Below are positions 17,346-23,115 of a stretch of DNA of 23,115 nucleotides, one piece after another. The translations under genes were made by a program, and so were the position numbers. Each line of letters opens with the position of its first letter. Position 1 is the stretch's first letter. Source of the DNA: Planctomycetota bacterium (GTDB lineage: Bacteria > Planctomycetota > SZUA-567 > H5-PLA8); NCBI GenBank assembly GCA_045863855.1, contig BTVV01000102.1, positions 1-23,115 of the forward strand. Reading direction: 5' to 3'. Under the pieces are notes generated by a model. It worked only from the letters and a program-made list of their open reading frames with translations. It was not told where the DNA came from and ran no database searches.

Positions 17346-18122
17346 ATGGCTGCCGTTCCGCCGTTTATGGATCTGGCCGTGCTGGCCCCGGACGATCTGC
17401 TCAGCGAAGCGCCGGTCCTGCCCCAAGGGCTCGTCGGAGCCATTCTCTTTGGGCCCGAAGCCAAACCGCGCCGCGAAGAAGCCTTCCGCTGGAGGCCCGA
17501 TCTGCGCTGGCGGCATGCCGAAGCCCTCGACCGCGTCGTCGGTGAATCCCACGCCAGCTTCCCGTCGCACTCGGCCTTCGTGATCGACCTCACGCTCCCC
17601 CCCGGCATCCTCGAAGACTGGCTCAAGCGCCCCGAAGCCTGGTGGCCGCTCTGCCAGGCCCTGCGCGGCACGCCGCGCCTCGTCCGCCTCAATCTTCCGC
17701 CCGGCAGCCAGCACGCCGCGCATGTTAAACAGATCGTCCGCCGCTTCCCCGACGCGCGCTTCTGGATCGATCCCTTCGTCTACGGGCCGCATCCCGGCTG
17801 GCAGGCTCAGGTCCGCCTCGCCGAAAACCGCAACGTCTTCCTCACCACGCGCGGGCTTTTGCCCGGACCCGGAGGGCTGTGGGACGAAGGCCAGATCGTC
17901 GAAGCACTCCATTTTCTCGTCGGGGAAGTCGGAGCCGGCACGCTGCTGTACGCCAGCGGCGCGAGCTGGGAAGACCTCCTGGCCGGCCGCACCGAAGCAG
18001 GCCGCGCCTGGCTGGCCGACTGCGGCCAGCTCGACGGCGACGAACTGATGCTCGTCTTTTGCGAAACCGCACAGACCCTCCTGGGCGAAAGCGACACCAG
18101 TCTCCTGTCCGTGCTGCCCTGA
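17346..18122 (+). CDS. Amidohydrolase-2-like TIM-barrel protein, metal ligands apparently absent
   Basis: IVRRFPDARFWIDP, LAENRNVFLTTRG and EVGAGTLLYAS mirror the amidohydrolase_2 C-terminal pattern (RFPxLxxxIDH, LAxxPNVxxKxSG, GxxRLLFGSD). Confidence 0.6.
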   Translation: MAAVPPFMDLAVLAPDDLLSEAPVLPQGLVGAILFGPEAKPRREEAFRWRPDLRWRHAEALDRVVGESHASFPSHSAFVIDLTLPPGILEDWLKRPEAWWPLCQALRGTPRLVRLNLPPGSQHAAHVKQIVRRFPDARFWIDPFVYGPHPGWQAQVRLAENRNVFLTTRGLLPGPGGLWDEGQIVEALHFLVGEVGAGTLLYASGASWEDLLAGRTEAGRAWLADCGQLDGDELMLVFCETAQTLLGESDTSLLSVLP

Positions 18123-18165
18123 CGCTTTCCGGCCCGCTGTCTCCCGGCCCCTGCCGGCGCCCCTG

Positions 18166-18232
18166 TTTGCCATTTGCCCTTTGCGGTTTGTTGGAATCTT
18201 GCCGTTTGCCGTTTGTCGTTTGCCCTTTACCG
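18166..18232. repeat. Split heptamer tandem repeat (TTTGCCN)n
   Basis: tttgcca tttgccc tttgcgg [tttgttggaat] cttgccg tttgccg tttgtcg tttgccc tttaccg. Confidence 0.9.
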
Positions 18233-18264
18233 TTATGCGCAAACCACCACCCCCGAGGCCCCCC

Positions 18265-19143
18265 ATGCTCGACTACCGCTCCCGCCACGCTCCCGTCGGC
18301 ACGCTCTTCCCGCGCATCGACGCACGCGCCGCCGAACGCTACCGGTTGAACGCCGAGCAGCTCGATCGCTTCCGAAGCACCGGCCACCTCGCGCCGGTCC
18401 CGGTCCTCGACGCCGCGCAGCTCGAAGCGCTCCGCGCCGGCATGACGCGCATGACGGCGCCGGGCTACCCGCGAGCGAACGAACTGATCGGGTTAAGCAA
18501 GCAAGCCGGCGAACCGACCGCGACCCCGCAGATGATCTACTTCCAGGGCGCCTGGCTCGTCGAAGAAGCCTTCCACGATATCCTGTTCCATCCGGCCATC
18601 GCGATCCCCGCGGCGCAGTTGCTCGAATCGGCCGGCGTGCGCTTCTTCCACGATCAAATCTTCTTCAAACCCGCGCGCCACGGCGGAGTCGTCGCCTGGC
18701 ACCAGGATTACAGCTACTGGCAGCGCACGACGCCGATGGGGCACCTCACCTGCTTCATCGCGCTCGACGACGCGACACTCGAGAACGGCTGCTTGCACGT
18801 CATCCCCGGCAGCCAGCGCTGGGAGTTGCTGCCCACCGTCAAGCTCGTCGGCGGCGACGAGGACATGGAAGCGATTCAGCAGGTCCTCACCCCCGAACAG
18901 CGCGCTCAGTTCAAGCCCACGCCGGTGATCCTCAAGGCCGGCGAATGCAGCTTCCACCATCCGCTCACGCTGCACGGGAGTTACTCCAATCAGAGCGACC
19001 GCCCGCGCCGGAGTCTGGTCTTGAATTTCATGAAGCCCGACACCAAGAGCGCCAGCGACCGCGCGCTGATGCCCGGCGCACCCATCGTCCCACCCGGAAG
19101 CGTCGTCGAAGGCCCCGATTTTCCGCTGGTGTATGGGGGGTAA
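18265..19143 (+). CDS. Phytanoyl-CoA dioxygenase (PhyH) family Fe(II)/2-oxoglutarate dioxygenase
   Basis: HDQIFFKPARHGGVVAWHQD (HxD), ALDDATLENGCLHVIPGS and FHHPLTLHGS..N.SDRPRR (distal His and 2OG-binding Arg). Start MLDYRS at 18265 behind GAGG. Confidence 0.93.
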   Translation: MLDYRSRHAPVGTLFPRIDARAAERYRLNAEQLDRFRSTGHLAPVPVLDAAQLEALRAGMTRMTAPGYPRANELIGLSKQAGEPTATPQMIYFQGAWLVEEAFHDILFHPAIAIPAAQLLESAGVRFFHDQIFFKPARHGGVVAWHQDYSYWQRTTPMGHLTCFIALDDATLENGCLHVIPGSQRWELLPTVKLVGGDEDMEAIQQVLTPEQRAQFKPTPVILKAGECSFHHPLTLHGSYSNQSDRPRRSLVLNFMKPDTKSASDRALMPGAPIVPPGSVVEGPDFPLVYGG

Positions 19144-19238
19144 ACCTGCCGAACGCTTGCCTCCCATCCGCTACGGATGCCAATCGAAGGCAGCGGTCTT
19201 TGCTCGTCCAAGCCTCATGGAACGGCGAGTTCTCCTTC

Positions 19239-19329
19239 GCGCCCCATCGGGACGCAAAGAAAATAGCCCGGCGTTTTAACGCCGGAAATCCTTGCACGGC
19301 CCCTTCCACGCGCGTCCCGTAGGGACGCG
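19239..19329. repeat. REP-like multi-palindrome element between convergent genes
   Basis: Three inverted repeats: gcgcccc-atc-gggacgc (19239-19255, 1 mismatch), ccggcgtt-tt-aacgccgg (19268-19285) and cgcgtccc-gta-gggacgcg (19311-19329). Confidence 0.75.
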
Positions 19330-19351
19330 ATGAGATGCGCCGAACGTACCT

Positions 19352-20233
19352 TTAAGTAGGCGGAACACCGTCCCGCGCCGCCCAAAGCGCCAACGCTTTC
19401 ACGTGCAGGTCGCGCAAGAACAGCAAACTCGCGCCCACCAAGCCCAGCCCCGTGGCCAACAGCCCCGCCGTAAGGCTCTTGTTACTAGATAGGATCTCGC
19501 TGAGCGGCGTATTTTGGCGCAGCGTCCAGCCGTAAGCGGCGGCGATCAACAGCAAGCCTAGGAACTGCACCCAATCGGCGATGCGCATCACTTTCACCGC
19601 TGCGGCGAACGCCTGCTTTAGCGCCGCATTGTAAAAATTCGTGGTGCGCGGAATCTGCGGCAGCCCCAAGGCGAATAGAATCCGCTCTTCATAGGTCAGG
19701 TACATAAAAAGATTCGCCCACCTCAAGCGCAAACAGAATCGAAGGTAGGACGCCGGCCGAAAGTCCGCATCGAATACGTACGGCGATTCGGAAAGCCGCC
19801 CCATCCGCTCCAGCACCAGCGGCCGCGCTCGCTCCAGCGTCACCGCCTCCAGGCAACCGGCTTGCTTTAACTCACCGGCTTTATGCACGTGCAAGACACC
19901 CAAGATCAAGTGTTCGGTGCCTACGTAGGTGCTATTCAGCGCGCGAGCTTCCTCATATGATAACTGTAGCACGCGTTTCGCCTGCTCGGTGAACGGCAAC
20001 TGCCCGGGAAGGTCCCGCTTTTCGCCCCGCACCAACAACCCCTCGGCCTCCGCCAACGCCGTCGCATGCTCCACGCCCTGCGCTTCCAAAACCTCGCACG
20101 CACCGTTCTCGGGATCTTCAAGCAGTCCTACGTAAATATGTTCAGGGCCGATGTGATCGTGGAACTTCCGCTCCGCCGCCTGCCGCGAACGCAACATCGC
20201 CATCCGGGCACGATCCGTAAACCGGTCAAACAT
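19352..20233 (-). CDS. Clp protease N-terminal (double Clp-repeat) domain fused to a C-terminal membrane region; no AAA+ domain
   Basis: MFDRFTDRAR...HIGPEHIYVGLL and LPFTEQAKRVLQLSYEEARALNSTYVGTEHLILGVL. C-terminal TM-like stretches WVQFLGLLLIAAAYGWTL and LTAGLLATGLGLVGASLLFL. Confidence 0.88.
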   Translation of the reverse strand: MFDRFTDRARMAMLRSRQAAERKFHDHIGPEHIYVGLLEDPENGACEVLEAQGVEHATALAEAEGLLVRGEKRDLPGQLPFTEQAKRVLQLSYEEARALNSTYVGTEHLILGVLHVHKAGELKQAGCLEAVTLERARPLVLERMGRLSESPYVFDADFRPASYLRFCLRLRWANLFMYLTYEERILFALGLPQIPRTTNFYNAALKQAFAAAVKVMRIADWVQFLGLLLIAAAYGWTLRQNTPLSEILSSNKSLTAGLLATGLGLVGASLLFLRDLHVKALALWAARDGVPPT

Positions 20234-20348
20234 GAACGAGGTATAACGACGCCCAAACGCCACCGCAATCCGCGAACGTTCGCCCCCGAACCCGCGTGAC
20301 CCGAACAGCCCCGCGCCGGTGTATATGCGGAACCGGGAAACCGCGCGC

Positions 20349-21086
20349 ATGACCTACTACCACGGCCACGAAGACGCCTACCGAAAACTCGAAGCCGACG
20401 GCGCGTCCTGTTGGGATCGCGCCGAGTTCGACCGCTTCTGCCTGCGGCCGTTCCTGGAAAGCGCGCTCGAACGCCTCGCCTTCGGGCCGCCGCCCTGGCG
20501 CGCGCTCGAACTCGGCTGCGGCGCCGGCCCCGCCGCCTGCTTTCTTGCGCAGCGCGGGTTCGAGGTCGAGGGCGTCGACATCTCGCCCACCGCCATCCGC
20601 ATGGCCCAAGCGCACGCGCGGCGCTTGGGGCTCCAAGCCCAGTTCTCCGTCGCCGATGTCCTCAGCCTGGAAGGCGCGGATCGTTACAACCTGATCCTCG
20701 ACGGCCACTGCCTGCACTGCATCGTCTTCGACCCCGAACGCGCGCAAGTTCTACAGAGTGTACGGAGGCTCCTCAAACCAGGCGGCGTCCTGCTGGTGGA
20801 GACGATGGCCGACGCCCCGGCGATGCGGTTTGCGGAATCTTCCCACCTCGATGCGCAAGGCATTCTGTGGGTGCCCATCCGAGCCGGCCATCCGCTCGGC
20901 GCCGTGCAGGTCGAAGGGGAGTGGCGGCTGCCCACGCGCCGGATTAAGGCCGCGTCCGAACTGCAACGCGAAATCGAATCCGCCGGCCTGATCCTCGAAC
21001 GCTCCGACCTCGTCGCTCAGACGGAGCCCGAACCCGGACTTTTCCAAGCCATCGCCCGCAAGCCCGCCGCCGCTCGCTCCGCATAA
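20349..21086 (+). CDS. Class I SAM-dependent methyltransferase
   Basis: Motif I ALELGCGAG, then GVDISPTAI, ILDGHCLHCIV and RLLKPGG. Confidence 0.92.
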   Translation: MTYYHGHEDAYRKLEADGASCWDRAEFDRFCLRPFLESALERLAFGPPPWRALELGCGAGPAACFLAQRGFEVEGVDISPTAIRMAQAHARRLGLQAQFSVADVLSLEGADRYNLILDGHCLHCIVFDPERAQVLQSVRRLLKPGGVLLVETMADAPAMRFAESSHLDAQGILWVPIRAGHPLGAVQVEGEWRLPTRRIKAASELQREIESAGLILERSDLVAQTEPEPGLFQAIARKPAAARSA

Positions 21087-21098
21087 CCCAAGCCGCCG

Positions 21099-21126
21099 TT
21101 GCAGTTTTCGCGCCGTGTGCGATTCT
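21099..21126 (+). promoter_or_regulatory. Candidate promoter for the gene starting at 21152
   Basis: TTGCAG-16 nt-GATTCT with an extended -10 TG, then a GAGG RBS before ATG 21152. Confidence 0.3.
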
Positions 21127-21151
21127 GGAACGTCTGTCATGAGGCCGCGGC

Positions 21152-23115
21152 ATGAAATTCTACTTCTGCGAGAAATGCGGCGCGCGCCTCACCGAAGAAG
21201 ACCTCGCCCGCGGCGAAGCCAACGATAAGAAGCTCCGCGGCGTCTTCTGCCGCGACTGCGCCGTCGGCGTCCTGACCCTCGAAACCATCCCGCTCTACGA
21301 CGCCCGCGCACGCGAAATCCTCAACACCCCCGGCGCCGAAATGCCCGCCGCGGCGAAGCACAAACGCAAAACTTCCAGCCATCGCATCGTGCCCGCGCCG
21401 CGTGCCGCTCCGCGAGTCCACCGAACGACGCCCGATGCGCCGCCGAGCCGCCGTTGGATCCCCTTCGCCGGCCTCGGGTTCGCGGGCTTGCTGCTGATCG
21501 CCGTCTTCCTGGCGCCCGCCTCGAAGTCCGCGACCCCGCTCCAGACCACCGCCTCAGTCGAAAGCACGCCCGATCCGCCTCTGCGTGTTACGCACGATCC
21601 CCGACCGCCGCCGGGCGCACCGCTCGCCGAGCCGGAAGCGCGGCCGCTGCCCATCGCTCCCGAAGCGCCCCCCGCGCCGCCCGAACCGGTACCAGCGCCT
21701 GCACCGCCGCTCGAGCCCGCGCCTTCCCCGGCGCCCGTACCGGCTCCGGTCGAGCCGCCCGCCGCATCGGCTCCCGCGGTCGAACCGGCACAACCGCCGC
21801 CCGCCTTCGATCCCGCTCCGCTGCTCGGCAAGCTGCTCGCGGATTTGAAGCAGCACGGAACCTCCGCCGCGCAGGAACGCTTGGCCCGGGAACTTAGCGT
21901 GCCGGACGAACTTCGAGCGCGCTTCGCCGCGGCGCTGGCCTGGCCGCTCGAACTGCGCAAGCAGGCGCGCGTCGTCCTGAGCGCGCTGCTGCATAAGCCG
22001 CTCAAACTCGATACGAAAGATGGTGCGGTGCAAGGCAACCTCGACCGCGTCGACGACGAAGGCATCTGGGTGGCGCGGCGCTTCCAGATCAACGGCGCCT
22101 GGAAAGACGGGCCGGTGCAAGGCGTGCCCTGGAACGAACTGACGATCCAAGGCCTGCGCGCGCTCGTCCCCGCCGCCGAAACGCTCTCCCCCGCCGAGGC
22201 CTTTGCCTTGGCCTTCGCCTGCGCGGGGCAGGGGGATGCCGCCGCCGCCGAACCGCTTCTGAACCTGGCGCTCGAGCATCCTCTCACGCCCGTTCTTGCC
22301 GCGTGGCTCAAGCAGACTCAAGCCGCGCGCAAAGAAGAGGACGCGCGGTTGCAGTGGAGCGCCTGGGCCAAGCGCCTTCACGATTGCCGGACGTCCGTCG
22401 AAGCCAAGGAACTCGCGCGGCTGCTCGAACAATGGGAAGCGGCCTTCCAGGCCACGGACTTCGCCCAAGACGAATCACAGCGCAAAGAACGGCTCGAGTT
22501 CAAGCAGCAGCTCGATCGGATCGCGGTCGGCCTCGACCCGCGCGTCGCCAAGCTCTTCAACGGCGACATCGCGAGCTTCGAGCCGCGCACGCAGACCATC
22601 GAACTGCACTACGATTTGAAGAACCTCAGGCACCGCCTCGACTTTAAGTACGATGCGTACGACGCGTCCCGGAAGGGTGAACTTGTGGCCGGAATCGTCG
22701 AAACGCCGGACGGTTTGCGCCTGTACAGCTCCCGCCCGTTTACTCGCGTCCTGCACATGCCCGCTCTGCTGGCCGGTTCGGCTACAGTGGCCGGGAAGTA
22801 CAAGCATTTCAAAATCTCGTACGACGGATTTCTGTTCGGTTGCGCCTTCGGCATGGAAGATTCGAGCGGTAAGGCCGTCCCGCTGATCGGCCAGTTGGCA
22901 TCCGGCCGTGACGGCGCCGGCCGCGCGGCCAGCGTGGTGGAATTCACGAACTGGTACAGCCAGCCCAAGCGCAAGACCGAACCGGTGGCGCAAGCAGAGC
23001 CCGAGGAAGGTACGTTCGAATTTGCCTGTAGCGGCGCTCGGTACGTTGTGAAGTTCAACGCAACCGAACTGCTTGCCTACGACGCGCCGGAGTTCAACGA
23101 CCGCGTCGGCCTCAG
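21152..23115 (+). CDS. Large single-pass membrane protein: N-terminal C4 zinc finger, TM helix, Pro/Ala-rich linker, globular C-terminal region (3'-truncated; absent from the ORF track)
   Basis: Hand translation MKFYFCEKCGARLTEEDLARGEANDKKLRGVFCRDCAVG...WIPFAGLGFAGLLLIAVFLAP...PEAPPAPPEPVPAPAPPLEP... The frame has no stop codon to the window end (over 650 codons). Confidence 0.9.
   Translation, partial: MKFYFCEKCGARLTEEDLARGEANDKKLRGVFCRDCAVGVLTLETIPLYDARAREILNTPGAEMPAAAKHKRKTSSHRIVPAPRAAPRVHRTTPDAPPSRRWIPFAGLGFAGLLLIAVFLAPASKSATPLQTTASVESTPDPPLRVTHDPRPPPGAPLAEPEARPLPIAPEAPPAPPEPVPAPAPPLEPAPSPAPVPAPVEPPAASAPAVEPAQPPPAFDPAPLLGKLLADLKQHGTSAAQERLARELSVPDELRARFAAALAWPLELRKQARVVLSALLHKPLKLDTKDGAVQGNLDRVDDEGIWVARRFQINGAWKDGPVQGVPWNELTIQGLRALVPAAETLSPAEAFALAFACAGQGDAAAAEPLLNLALEHPLTPVLAAWLKQTQAARKEEDARLQWSAWAKRLHDCRTSVEAKELARLLEQWEAAFQATDFAQDESQRKERLEFKQQLDRIAVGLDPRVAKLFNGDIASFEPRTQTIELHYDLKNLRHRLDFKYDAYDASRKGELVAGIVETPDGLRLYSSRPFTRVLHMPALLAGSATVAGKYKHFKISYDGFLFGCAFGMEDSSGKAVPLIGQLASGRDGAGRAASVVEFTNWYSQPKRKTEPVAQAEPEEGTFEFACSGARYVVKFNATELLAYDAPEFNDRVGL

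Noticed and set aside
18166..18232. Repeat tract as a CRISPR array or as a coding N-terminal extension (ORF from 18181)
   Set aside because: The units are 7 nt with no spacers and there are no cas genes. The extension is just translated repeat, and a better start with RBS is at 18265.
19028..19309. 93-aa minus-strand ORF containing PALKRRAI
   Set aside because: It is a translation of the palindromic repeat element and overlaps the dioxygenase antisense.
19352..20233. Annotation as clpC or as a clpC pseudogene
   Set aside because: No Walker A/B remnants are visible, and the ORF continues intact into an unrelated membrane domain.
21295..23058. Minus-strand ORFs at the right end (338, 304, 172 and 149 aa)
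   Set aside because: They are antisense shadows of the uninterrupted plus-strand ORF starting at 21152.

Overview
GC-rich bacterial chromosomal window, probably from a Planctomycetota genome (inferred from the protein families). It opens with a purine biosynthesis block (partial purF, purM, purH). A small low-GC DUF2283-like gene that the ORF track missed sits where purN often lies. A long minus-strand run follows, read from right to left: a methyltransferase-like/PQQ-type beta-propeller protein, a secreted hypothetical, a PDZ protein, a membrane protein, two tandem signal-peptide-bearing prenyltransferase/squalene-oxidase-repeat paralogs, a secreted protein with four FxLYD-like repeats, and an EboD-type sugar-phosphate cyclase (DHQ-synthase family). 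The right half holds a DUF1444-like fusion protein, an amidohydrolase-fold protein without metal ligands, a PhyH-type Fe/2OG dioxygenase, a Clp N-domain fused to membrane helices, a SAM methyltransferase, and a long zinc-finger/TM/Pro-rich ORF that runs off the end (also missed by the track). Non-coding signals are a split heptamer tandem repeat, a REP-like palindrome cluster and several operator- or promoter-like motifs. I saw no rRNA, tRNA, CRISPR array or transposase. The best candidate for an undescribed system is the putative operon at 3493-9709; its function is inference only. All family assignments come from motif recognition by eye, not from database searches.
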